Position numbers and translations under genes: made by a program. The notes under the pieces are model-generated. The model did not search any database and was not told the origin of the DNA. It saw only the letters and a program-made list of their open reading frames with translations. Positions 1-8,441 of a stretch of DNA of 64,000 nucleotides are shown here, piece after piece (within the stretch, counting starts at the first letter, position 1; each line of letters opens with the position of its first letter). The DNA lies in contig CAYRZU010000005.1 of the NCBI GenBank assembly GCA_964428895.1, positions 1,798 to 65,797 on the forward strand, in the 5' to 3' direction. The stretch is from an uncultured Planctomycetaceae bacterium (GTDB lineage: Bacteria > Planctomycetota > Phycisphaerae > SM23-33).

Positions 1-313
1 TCACATAGTGAGCGTAGTTGCCTGAGAACGTCGCGGTGGCATCGGCGCCGCCGAGCTTGGTGTAGTCCTGCTGATCGATGTTGTAGTAGTAGTCCCAGTG
101 TTCGGGCTGGCCCGTGTAGTCCGTGTTGCCACCCCAGACCTCGTAGGCAGTCGACAGCAGTAGCCTTGCTTCCAGTGGTTCCAGGGCGCAGGGCTGCAGA
201 GCGACGAACTTGAGATCCGTTCGGCCAAGGCAGTTGTATCTGTCGCCTAGCTGTCGCAACGCTCCTTCACAGAGCCTACGAAGGTGGCCGCACGTGTGGC
301 GAAGCAATGACAT
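1..313 (-). CDS. N-terminal fragment of a probable secreted protein (continues past the left edge)
   Basis: ORF open at the window edge, so absent from the supplied track (no in-window stop). ATG at 313-311 is preceded by a GGAGGG Shine-Dalgarno. Translation starts MSLLRHTCGHLRRL...ALEPLEARLLLSTAYEVWGG. The LE.LE.R.LLS block is an N-terminal motif I recognise from large secreted Planctomycetota proteins. Confidence 0.45.
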   Translation of the reverse strand, partial: MSLLRHTCGHLRRLCEGALRQLGDRYNCLGRTDLKFVALQPCALEPLEARLLLSTAYEVWGGNTDYTGQPEHWDYYYNIDQQDYTKLGGADATATFSGNYAHYV

Positions 314-1067
314 GATTCGCCCTCCAGAGGGATGAGCACTGCGACATGTAAATAGCCAGTCCCACGTCAACAGACGTTGGTCCGTTCGGTTGTTTCTGAG
401 GCCTCCCTGCCTCGAGGTATTCGGGATCCTCATTGCCTACCTCGTGACCACGTGGATGTCTGAAACACAGCAGGGATCAACGTCGAGAGAACGCAGATGC
501 CCCTTACGGCGGCCCCGAGGCCCTAGCCAGGAACTCGGAGAAGCGCCCAGGTTAGCGTCGGCCTCCCTCCGCGTCAATCGGGTGAACACCTGAATGGCCC
601 TGTTTCTAGACCCCGATCAAGGAGCCCCAGTCGTCACGGACGCCGACGCAACCTCAGACCTACTGACGCTTCTCACGTCAGTGGCGTTGACCCTTGGCCA
701 TGAGCCGCCGTTACCGTCATGTCACATCTGCCGTCCTGTGAATCTTAACTTACTCGGTGGTCAGGATTGGCGGACCGGTCAGTTGGTCGGAGCGTATACT
801 TGGGGCGTGCTTGATGAGGCGGGCTGTTCGTGGAAAAGTGTCGGGGGGTGCGCACCGGGGGATGATCGGCGCGGGTGAACACTATCCGGGGCGCGCGGGG
901 CGCCGAGGTGTTCCGAATGGAACAGAACCGAACAAAACGGGGCGCGCCAACAGGACGGGCCCAGGAGGCTTGTATTTTGCGCGGCCAGACGGTATTGAAC
1001 ACGCTCTGATCCGACCCGTTTCTCTTGCGAGACGTTCGCGAAAAGTCGCGACAAGCGAGGACCATTG

Positions 1068-2198
1068 ATGAATTCCAAAGAGCGATATATTGCGGCCTTG
1101 ACCTTCGGCGACGTTGACAAGATTCCGTTCCAGCCCGGCGGACCGCGCGAATCCACCATGCGACGCTGGCACTCCGAGGGCCTGCCCGAAGACCGCGGCT
1201 GGTTCGACGTGATGTGCGAGGAGATCGGCGTTGAGCAAGAGGAACTCGACGACCGCCCGCGGCCACACCCCAGCATCGACTTCCTGATGCGGCCCCAGTT
1301 CGAGGAAAAGGTCCTGGAGCACAAGAACGGCCATTACATCTGCCAGGACTGGAAGGGCAACGTCTGCGAGATCTCCGACGAGTTCGACGTGACGTACCTC
1401 CGCTCCGCTCGCGACTTCGTAACACGGCGATGGATCAAGTGCCCGGTAGAAACGCACGCCGACTGGGACGACATGAAGAAGCGTTACGACGTCAACGACG
1501 CCACTCGCTACGGCGAGAGCTTCGACGACGATCTGAAGTACCTGGCCGATCGCGACTATCACACCTACCTCAGCGTTCACGGCCCGTTCTGGCAGCTGCG
1601 GGAATGGTGCGGGTTCGAAGGCCTGTGCATGCTGTGCATCGAGGCCCCCGAGTTCGTCGACGAGATGGCGAGCTTCTGGGAGAACTTCGTGTCGGACCTG
1701 TCGGCCCGGGCCCTGGAGCACGGGACGATCGACCACGTCTTCATCTGCGAAGACATGGCCTACAAGGAAAAGGCCATGATCTCCCCGGAGATGTGTCGGC
1801 GGTTCCTCATGCCGTCTTGGAAGCGGTGGACCAAGGAGGCGTTCCAGGCCGGGGCGTCGATCGTGGAGATCGATTCGGACGGCAAGGTCGACGAGTTGAT
1901 CCCGCTGTGGCTCGAGGCCGGCGTGAACGTCAACAGCCCACTGGAAGTCGCCGCCGGCAACGACATCGTTGAATACCGCAAGCTGTACGGCAAGCAGATG
2001 GGCTTCTGCGCGGGCGTCGATAAGCGTGCGATGGCCAAGGGCGGCAAGGTGATCGAGGACGAGCTGCGACGGATCGAGCCGGTCGTCAAGGACGGCGGGT
2101 ACATCCCCGGCTGCGACCACGGCGTGCCGAGCGACATTTCCTGGCCCGACTTCAAGTACTATGCCAAGATGCTGGCCGAGATGACCGGCTGGCTGTAA
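1068..2198 (+). CDS. uroporphyrinogen decarboxylase (URO-D/MtaA-like) family protein
   Basis: 377-aa ORF; ATG at 1068 follows a GAGGA SD by 6 nt (the track start at 1065 is TTG). Length and overall sequence resemble URO-D-family proteins (N-terminus 'ERYIAALTFGDVDKIPF'). Family-level call only. Confidence 0.7.
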   Translation: MNSKERYIAALTFGDVDKIPFQPGGPRESTMRRWHSEGLPEDRGWFDVMCEEIGVEQEELDDRPRPHPSIDFLMRPQFEEKVLEHKNGHYICQDWKGNVCEISDEFDVTYLRSARDFVTRRWIKCPVETHADWDDMKKRYDVNDATRYGESFDDDLKYLADRDYHTYLSVHGPFWQLREWCGFEGLCMLCIEAPEFVDEMASFWENFVSDLSARALEHGTIDHVFICEDMAYKEKAMISPEMCRRFLMPSWKRWTKEAFQAGASIVEIDSDGKVDELIPLWLEAGVNVNSPLEVAAGNDIVEYRKLYGKQMGFCAGVDKRAMAKGGKVIEDELRRIEPVVKDGGYIPGCDHGVPSDISWPDFKYYAKMLAEMTGWL

Positions 2199-2214
2199 CC
2201 AAGAGGAGCCGACG

Positions 2215-2991
2215 ATGAGATTCGGCATTTGCGGCAGCGCGGACACGTTTGGAAAAGCCCCCGACGGCCTCGACTACATGGAAGAGTCGGTCGGCGGCGC
2301 CCTGTGCCCGCAGGACGACCAGGCCGCCTTCGATGTATGCCTGGCCAAGTGCAAGGCGGCCGTCGCTCCGGTGATTGCGGCCAACTGCTTCCTGCCCGGC
2401 GACCTGAAATCGACCGGCCCGGAGGTCGACTGCGAGGCGCTGGATGCCTACGTAGCTACCGCCTTCGCGCGGGCTGAGCAGATCGGCATCACCAAGATCG
2501 TTTTCGGCTCGGGCGGCTCGCGGCAGGTGCCGGACGGGTACGACGAGGTCGAGGCGTTCGAGCAACTGGTCGCTCATCTGGAGCGGTGGGGGCCCATCGG
2601 CGCCGCCCACAACGTGACCATCGTCATCGAGCCGCTCCAGACGGCCGAGTGCAACATCATCAACTCCGTTACCGAAGGCGTCGCTCTCGCCCGCCGGGCC
2701 GACCACCCCAACGTGCGAGTGTTGGCCGATTTCTATCACATGCTGTGCGACGGCGAAGGGCCGGACTCAATCCGTGACGCCGGCGACCTGCTGAAGCACA
2801 TTCACGTGGCTGAAAAGGAAAAGCGAACCGCCCCCGGCATGGCCGGTGACGATTTCCGCCCGTTCCTCAAGGCTCTGAAAGATATCGGCTACGACGAGAC
2901 CCTCAGCCTCGAGTGCGGCTTCGGCGACGATCTTGTCGCCGGCGCCACGGCCGGCCTGGCCGAACTGCGTCGCCAGTTCGCCGAAGCCTAA
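2215..2991 (+). CDS. sugar phosphate isomerase/epimerase (xylose-isomerase-like TIM barrel)
   Basis: 258 aa with a GAGGAG SD. The pattern 'IVFGSGG ... VTIVIEPL ... ADFYHM ... HIHVAE ... LSLEC' is typical of the AP-endonuclease-2 / xylose-isomerase-like TIM family. 16 nt downstream of the URO-D-like gene. Confidence 0.8.
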   Translation: MRFGICGSADTFGKAPDGLDYMEESVGGALCPQDDQAAFDVCLAKCKAAVAPVIAANCFLPGDLKSTGPEVDCEALDAYVATAFARAEQIGITKIVFGSGGSRQVPDGYDEVEAFEQLVAHLERWGPIGAAHNVTIVIEPLQTAECNIINSVTEGVALARRADHPNVRVLADFYHMLCDGEGPDSIRDAGDLLKHIHVAEKEKRTAPGMAGDDFRPFLKALKDIGYDETLSLECGFGDDLVAGATAGLAELRRQFAEA

Positions 2992-3063
2992 GCGGCTTCG
3001 GGCGGTGGCCACGGTCGGCCGACCCATTGGCGGTTCTGCGTAATCCAGAAGGGAGACCCGCAG

Positions 3064-4005
3064 ATGATCGTAACGGCCTATTGTCTGTCTTACGGCCATT
3101 GGACCGTGATCCCACACCAGCTCGCCGAGAGCTTCCAGGACATGGTCGACTGCGGTTTCAACGCAGTGGCGCTATCCTTCTCCGAGAGCGAGATGCAGTA
3201 CTCCCGCCGGGCGTTCGAGATCCAAGTCGACCTCGCCGGCCAAGCGGGCCTGAAGGTGTTCGTGATCCCCAGTCGCCTCGGTGGCCGATTCGCCGGCGCG
3301 CCCCTGATGGCCAGTTCCTGGGTCTGCAGTCACCCGGAAGCCCACGTGCCCGACCACGGCGGCTTCGGCGGGCCGCTAGCCTGCTTGGAGCACGAACCGT
3401 TTCGTGAGTGGATCAAAGACTTCATGACCACGGTGCTGACGGATTACCCCGTCGACGGCGTCATCTGGGATGAACCCAAGAGCGAACGGGTGATCTCGAC
3501 CCATCCGGACACGCTCGACCGCTTCGGCCCGGCCCCGACGGCTGAGCAGATGGAAGACGGCTTCATCGACTTCCTCCAGGATCTGACCAGCCACTGCCTG
3601 ACGGTTCGGCCGGGCCTGACCATCACGCTGTTCAACCAACTATATTCGTCCGAGCGATTCACCCAGGCCGGCTGTGCGATCGAGGGTATTGAATACGCCG
3701 GCTACGACGGCAATCTCAGCCGCCAGAGCTTCTTCCACGAAGAGCCGGCTTGGCACAAGTACCGGATCGAAAGCGCCTGGGACCGAACCGTGGCCGAAGC
3801 CGCCCAAGCGGACACAAAGACCTTCGCCCTCATCGAGAACATGCTCATGCCGGCCGAAGCGATCGGCGAATACGAAGCCAATCTGGCCGCCTACCTCCAA
3901 GCGTATCGGCCCGACCACCTGGCCTTGTACTACTACGCCCACAACAATGAAGATCCCGAGGCCGTCCATCGGATCACGCGGGAGATGATGAAGAAGTATC
4001 TGTAG
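3064..4005 (+). CDS. hypothetical cytoplasmic TIM-barrel, glycoside-hydrolase-like protein
   Basis: 313 aa, AAGGGAG SD, no signal peptide. Alternating beta/alpha pattern, with 'GVIWDEPK' resembling the clan GH-A acid/base strand (NEP-like) and 'FALIEN' a possible nucleophile strand. Function is speculative. Confidence 0.55.
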   Translation: MIVTAYCLSYGHWTVIPHQLAESFQDMVDCGFNAVALSFSESEMQYSRRAFEIQVDLAGQAGLKVFVIPSRLGGRFAGAPLMASSWVCSHPEAHVPDHGGFGGPLACLEHEPFREWIKDFMTTVLTDYPVDGVIWDEPKSERVISTHPDTLDRFGPAPTAEQMEDGFIDFLQDLTSHCLTVRPGLTITLFNQLYSSERFTQAGCAIEGIEYAGYDGNLSRQSFFHEEPAWHKYRIESAWDRTVAEAAQADTKTFALIENMLMPAEAIGEYEANLAAYLQAYRPDHLALYYYAHNNEDPEAVHRITREMMKKYL

Positions 4006-4020
4006 GGGAACTACGTGGGT

Positions 4021-4037
4021 CGCTTGCGCAGCAAGCG
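4021..4037. terminator. short hairpin between convergent genes (weak terminator candidate)
   Basis: CGCTTGC-gca-GCAAGCG (7-bp stem) followed by TCTTCG. Lies between the stops at 4005 (+) and 4045 (-). Confidence 0.3.
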
Positions 4038-4044
4038 TCTTCGC

Positions 4045-6033
4045 CTAACGGCTTCGCCGTCTCAAGAGAACCAGGCCGGCGCCGAAGGCCAGCAGCCCCA
4101 ACGTGGCCGGCTCGGGGGCGGCCACGCCGCCTGACCCGCCACCGAAGGAGGTCCTGAGGATCAGCAAGTCGGATGCGTCAACCAGCCCATCGTTGTTGAG
4201 ATCGCCAGCCGGCCAGCCGCCCGGGGCCCCGTAGCCGCCCTTCATGAGCTGCAGGTCGGTGGCGTTGACCAGTCCATCCAGGTTCAAGTCGCCGGGGTCG
4301 GGCAACTGCCCGTAGGCTTCGAGTTCGATGATGGTGGTGTATTCCAGAGAACCGCCGGCGGTTCCGCGGATTCGGATCTGGTCTCCGAAGATCGGGTCGA
4401 ACGAGAGGGCGATGACTTGATAGAACGCGAACTCATCCAGGGCTTCACTGAACGACAAGCCGGTTACTTCGGCCCACACTCCATTGTCGCCGACTTCGAC
4501 GATCAGGTCTTCGAAGAACCCGCCTTGGGCTTCGTAGTCGCCGGGGTAGGAGTTCGAACTGCCGCCCATAACGTATTCGCCTTCGTAGAAAATGACGCTG
4601 TCGAACTGCACGTCCCGGTCCAAGTTGATCTGGTAGAAGTCGCCGCCGGCCGGCTGGCTGTTGACGCCGTCGTAGGTCTTGTAGGCGCGGTGGCCGTTGT
4701 ATGTCACGTCGGTGATGCCGTCGATGATGGCGTCGAGGTTCAGCCAGTCGTAGGTGGGGTCGTGTCGCTCGACGCTGGCGCTGACCGTGACGGCGCCTCC
4801 GGCATCAAGCACCTCGCCGATCAGGCCGGCCGGGCCCGTGGGGTTGGGCAACTCGACCGGTGGCGTGATGACGTCGTCGGGCAGGTGGTAGGTGCGTTCG
4901 GCGCCGGCCCCGGTGATCGATCCGCCGCCCAGAAGAACTTGGGCCTCCGCGGCGGTCTGCAGGCCGTCCACGATTTCGGTGAAGGTCCGGTAGCGGTCGA
5001 TGTTATCGAGCCAGGAGATCGCTTCGTAGCTTTCGCTCAGGCCCGTGGTCAGGTCAGCGGGCAGGCCGCTGTAGCCGTCGACCAGGCCGATCAGTCCTCC
5101 GGCGGTGGCGGGGTTGCAGTCGGCGTCGAAGCCGCCTTGGACCGCGATCTCGACGGTCTGCTGGAAATCGCCTTCGCCGTAGAGCAAGGCCAGTGTCGTC
5201 ATGCCGATGTTGACGGTCGACTCGACCCAGCCGTAGTAGCGTCCCTTGGCCAACGACCCGCGGTAATGGTCGTAGATCAATTCGTGGGTTGCCCGCCAGT
5301 CGGGCGTGCCGTCGGCGAGGTCCGCAGCATACCAGTCTTGCACGTCTGTGATGATCTGGTAGGTCCGCGACGTGGTCGGCACGACGGCCTTGCCGTCGGC
5401 GACAAGTTGCTCGACGTCGGCCCCGAAGGTCGCCGCGGCGAACATGGCCGCATAGAACTGCGAGGCGTGAACGGCGTAGCCATCGTTGGTGACCGAGGCG
5501 AATCGGTCGGTCAGGTCGGCGGCTCGTTGTCGCATGCCGGGTGTCATGCCGCCGATGCTTTCGGTGGCGATCTGCGAGTCGATGGCGTACCAATGGCGGT
5601 TGTACGTTTGGCTGCCCGTGGCCGGCGGAGTCTGGCCCTGCGTCATCAGCCATCGGGCCTGCTTGTTGGCGATGTAGAACGTGTCGGGCTTGATATGGTC
5701 GACCCACTCCGCCCCAATCTGGGCCGGTGTCGGGTCGGGGGTGCCGTTGAGTACGTCGGCGTAGAGGAACTCAAAGCAGGTGTCATCGTCACCGTACCAC
5801 AAGCTCGTGCCCGTCACCGCGTCCCAGTCGACGGTGTAGCTCAGGCCGCCGCGGAGCACGTCCCCCTCGACATCCTTGCCGGCGTAGTTGCCCAGCAGTT
5901 GGCCCACCCACATGCCGTGCAGCTTGTCGCGGTAGTCGTCGGCGGTGATCTGTCGTTGAGCCTGGGCGGCGGTTGGCAGACCGACCAGGGCGAGCCCCAA
6001 CAGGGCAAACCGAATAAGGCCTGTGTGTGACAT
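4045..6033 (-). CDS. secreted ADP-ribosylglycohydrolase-family protein with discoidin-like domain, dockerin-like repeats and PEP-CTERM anchor
   Basis: 662 aa.
- Signal peptide: 'LLGLALVGLPTAAQAQ'.
- ARH-family N-terminal motif 'LHGMWVGQLLGNYAGKDVEG' and C-terminal metal motif 'GGFDADCNPATAGGLIG'.
- Beta-rich middle domain, about 150 aa.
- Two dockerin-type repeats: 'DLNLDGLVNATDL' and 'DLNNDGLVDASDL'.
- C-terminus 'PEPATLGLLAFGAGLVLLRRRSR' is a PEP-CTERM sorting signal. Confidence 0.8.
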   Translation of the reverse strand: MSHTGLIRFALLGLALVGLPTAAQAQRQITADDYRDKLHGMWVGQLLGNYAGKDVEGDVLRGGLSYTVDWDAVTGTSLWYGDDDTCFEFLYADVLNGTPDPTPAQIGAEWVDHIKPDTFYIANKQARWLMTQGQTPPATGSQTYNRHWYAIDSQIATESIGGMTPGMRQRAADLTDRFASVTNDGYAVHASQFYAAMFAAATFGADVEQLVADGKAVVPTTSRTYQIITDVQDWYAADLADGTPDWRATHELIYDHYRGSLAKGRYYGWVESTVNIGMTTLALLYGEGDFQQTVEIAVQGGFDADCNPATAGGLIGLVDGYSGLPADLTTGLSESYEAISWLDNIDRYRTFTEIVDGLQTAAEAQVLLGGGSITGAGAERTYHLPDDVITPPVELPNPTGPAGLIGEVLDAGGAVTVSASVERHDPTYDWLNLDAIIDGITDVTYNGHRAYKTYDGVNSQPAGGDFYQINLDRDVQFDSVIFYEGEYVMGGSSNSYPGDYEAQGGFFEDLIVEVGDNGVWAEVTGLSFSEALDEFAFYQVIALSFDPIFGDQIRIRGTAGGSLEYTTIIELEAYGQLPDPGDLNLDGLVNATDLQLMKGGYGAPGGWPAGDLNNDGLVDASDLLILRTSFGGGSGGVAAPEPATLGLLAFGAGLVLLRRRSR

Positions 6034-6094
6034 GATTCCCTCTCGAAGACGATTATATCTGCTCGAAAGTGATGACTAAAGCGATTATGGGGGT

Positions 6095-6122
6095 TTGGGA
6101 TTCCTTGTTCTTGCCCTATAAT
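6095..6122 (+). promoter_or_regulatory. possible sigma70-type promoter for the cysteine protease gene
   Basis: TTGGGA (6095-6100), 16-nt spacer, TATAAT (6117-6122), about 60 nt upstream of the ATG at 6182, in an AT-enriched divergent intergenic region. Confidence 0.3.
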
Positions 6123-6181
6123 GAGTTGGAGGCGGGAACGGCAGACGATCACTATCTGGATATCACTCGCAGCCCTTTTCT

Positions 6182-7045
6182 ATGAAACGACTTAGCAATC
6201 CTGACCGTTGCTGTCGACGCCGCAGGGCCCGTCTTTGGGTGGGGTCTGTTGTCGTGGCGTTACTGGCCGGGGCCGGCTGGGCCGACACCATCATGGAGGG
6301 GACGTTCGATTGGCGCGACGTGGACGGCAAGGATTACACCACCCCCATCCGCGATCAGGGGCCGGCCGGCACATGCTGGGCGTTCGCGGCCATCGGGGCC
6401 CTTGAGAGCAAGCTGGAGATCACGGCCGACCGGCCCAACTGGGACCCGGACCTTTCCGAGCAGCACCTGGTTGAAGACCCCAACGGCGGGGGCGACATCA
6501 TCGGCGGCTGGCCGGTCGATTCGCTGCGGTTCATCCGCGATACCGGCGTGGTCAGCGAGGCCGAGCTTCCCTATTCCGGCGAGGATCCCTCGCCGGATTG
6601 GCCGCTGACTCCGGGCTGGGAGGACCGCGTCACCCGCGTTACCAGCATCATGGAAAGCCCGTCGAATTCGACGCAGATCTTGAAGATGCGGCTGCAGTGG
6701 TACGGGCCCATGACGGTGTGCCTGGACATGGACTGGGATTTCTGGGTCCCGGGCGAGATCGAACCGGAGGTCCCCGACTGGGGCGGCGTGGTCAACCACG
6801 CGGTGATAGTGGTGGGCTTCCACGACGATCCCACGCTGGCCGCTGGTGGGTATTGGATCCTCAAGAATAGCTGGGGGACCGAGTGGGGCGACAACGGCTA
6901 CGGCTACTCCCTGTACGGCTTCATGGAGCGTCACGGCCGATTCCGCGCCATCGATGGTGACGCCTTCCCACTGCCCGAACCGGCGTCGATGAGCCCGCTG
7001 GCGGCCGGGGCGTTGCTGGTGCTGCGTCGCCGCCGAGCGGCCTAG
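6182..7045 (+). CDS. papain-like (C1 family) cysteine peptidase, no prodomain, PEP-CTERM anchored
   Basis: 287 aa. Catalytic Cys in 'DQGPAGTCWAFAA', His in 'VVNHAVIVVG', Asn/Trp in 'ILKNSWGTEWG'. The mature-domain start 'FDWRD' comes directly after the signal/TM segment. C-terminus 'PLPEPASMSPLAAGALLVLRRRRAA'. Confidence 0.85.
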   Translation: MKRLSNPDRCCRRRRARLWVGSVVVALLAGAGWADTIMEGTFDWRDVDGKDYTTPIRDQGPAGTCWAFAAIGALESKLEITADRPNWDPDLSEQHLVEDPNGGGDIIGGWPVDSLRFIRDTGVVSEAELPYSGEDPSPDWPLTPGWEDRVTRVTSIMESPSNSTQILKMRLQWYGPMTVCLDMDWDFWVPGEIEPEVPDWGGVVNHAVIVVGFHDDPTLAAGGYWILKNSWGTEWGDNGYGYSLYGFMERHGRFRAIDGDAFPLPEPASMSPLAAGALLVLRRRRAA

Positions 7046-7051
7046 GCCGAT

Positions 7052-8440
7052 CTACTCGTTGGGGGCTTCAATCGCCTTGACGATTTCGTCGAGATCGTTG
7101 TCGACCTGGATCGGCAGATTGGCGAATCGCCGTTCGCCTTCGACCTGATGGTTGGCGTCGTAGTTGCCGGTGTGGTAGCCGACGGTGGCGTTGGGGTCCT
7201 TGAGCGGATGGCCGGTCAAGATGCAGACCACGCGGGCGTCGCGGTCGATTACGCCTTGTTCGACCAGCAGGCGAGCTCCGGCCACCGAGGCCGCCGAGGC
7301 CGGTTCGCACCCCAGGCCGTGTCGGCCGACCTGGGCCTTGGCGTTCATGATCTCTCTGTCGGGAACTTGCCGCACCACGCCGTCGCAGATCTCCAGGGCC
7401 CGGAGACACTTGTCGGCATTGACGGGCTTGGCGATTTCGATGGCGCTGGCGATGGTGTCCGGCTTGGTGTTGGTGTCATCCTGCCACTGGAAGTCGTCGC
7501 GGATAACGGCCCGGTCGACGTCGCCGCCGTTGAAGGTGAGACGCTTCTCGTTGACCAGCCGATCCAGCGTCGGGGCGCCGGATGAGTTGATGACAGCCAG
7601 GCGGGGCACACGGTCGATCAGGCCCAGCATCTTCAGCTCGCCAAACATTTTGCCGAAGCTGGAACTGTTACCCAGGTTGCCGCCGGGGACCACGATCCAA
7701 TCGGGGACTTCCCAGCCCAGTCCTTCTAGCACGCGGAGCATGATGGCCTTTTGGCCTTCCAGGCGGAACGGGTTGACGCTGTTGGCCAGGTATAGGCCGA
7801 GGGCGTCGGTGGCTTCCTTAACGCGGGCCATGCAGTCGTCGAAGTCCCCGGCGATCTGAAATGTGCGGGCCCCGTAGTCCAGCGCCTGGGCCAGCTTGCC
7901 GAAAGCGATTCGGCCGGAGCCGACGAAGACGATCGACTCCATCCCCGCCGCCGAGGCGTAGCGGGCAAGGGAGGCCGAGGTGTTCCCGGTGGAGGCGCAG
8001 GCGGCGCGGGTGGCGCCGACCATGGCCGCATGGCTAAAGGCGCCGGTCATGCCGTTGTCTTTGAACGAGCCGGACGGGTTCAACCCCTCATACTGCAGGA
8101 ATAGCCCGCCGGCGTTGACGCCCACGTAGCCGGCCACGCCGTCGCAACATTGCAGTAGCGTTTGTCCTTCGCCCTGGGAGACCTTGAACTTATCGTCGCA
8201 GAAGTCCAGCAGTTCGCGGAACCGCCAGACGCCGGAGAAGTCCAGCACGTTGTCGCGGGTGGCCCATCGCTGGTTGAAGTCCGACAGTTTCTTGGGCAGG
8301 GGGACCTTGTCCCATTCGTATTCGACATCCAGCAGGCAACCGCATTTGGGGCAGGCCGTCAGGGCCTGGGCGATGTCGTACGTCGCCTTGCAGTGGATGT
8401 TGATGCACTGTTGGTAGGCAGGCTTGGCCATGGGGTACAC
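7052..8440 (-). CDS. thrC: threonine synthase
   Basis: 462 aa. N-terminal Cys4 zinc ribbon ('CINIHC...CPKCGC'), PLP-lysine motif '[11 protein letters not shown]', 'GNLGNSS' loop. Last gene of the hom operon. The start could be M4 (8431). Confidence 0.95.
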   Translation of the reverse strand: MYPMAKPAYQQCINIHCKATYDIAQALTACPKCGCLLDVEYEWDKVPLPKKLSDFNQRWATRDNVLDFSGVWRFRELLDFCDDKFKVSQGEGQTLLQCCDGVAGYVGVNAGGLFLQYEGLNPSGSFKDNGMTGAFSHAAMVGATRAACASTGNTSASLARYASAAGMESIVFVGSGRIAFGKLAQALDYGARTFQIAGDFDDCMARVKEATDALGLYLANSVNPFRLEGQKAIMLRVLEGLGWEVPDWIVVPGGNLGNSSSFGKMFGELKMLGLIDRVPRLAVINSSGAPTLDRLVNEKRLTFNGGDVDRAVIRDDFQWQDDTNTKPDTIASAIEIAKPVNADKCLRALEICDGVVRQVPDREIMNAKAQVGRHGLGCEPASAASVAGARLLVEQGVIDRDARVVCILTGHPLKDPNATVGYHTGNYDANHQVEGERRFANLPIQVDNDLDEIVKAIEAPNE

Positions 8441-8441
8441 C

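Noticed and set aside
390-1068. Small ORFs in the 750-bp gap (390-593 +, 594-878 +, 757-1068 +, and antisense ones)
   Set aside because: They have no SD and no motif, and their composition is implausible (Arg/Gly/Pro-rich or Cys/Pro-containing junk). I kept the region as an unexplained non-coding stretch instead (see findings).
882-2246. 454-aa ORF on the minus strand covering the whole URO-D-like gene
   Set aside because: It is antisense to a gene with a good SD and a family-like sequence. Its translation is Arg/Gly/His/Val-rich with no motif. This is the usual stop-codon-poor antisense frame of GC-rich coding DNA.
4417-6030. 537-aa + strand ORF opposite the ADP-ribosylglycohydrolase-like gene
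   Set aside because: The translation is low-complexity (V/G/D/A-rich) with no motifs. The minus-strand gene has a signal peptide, family motifs and PEP-CTERM.
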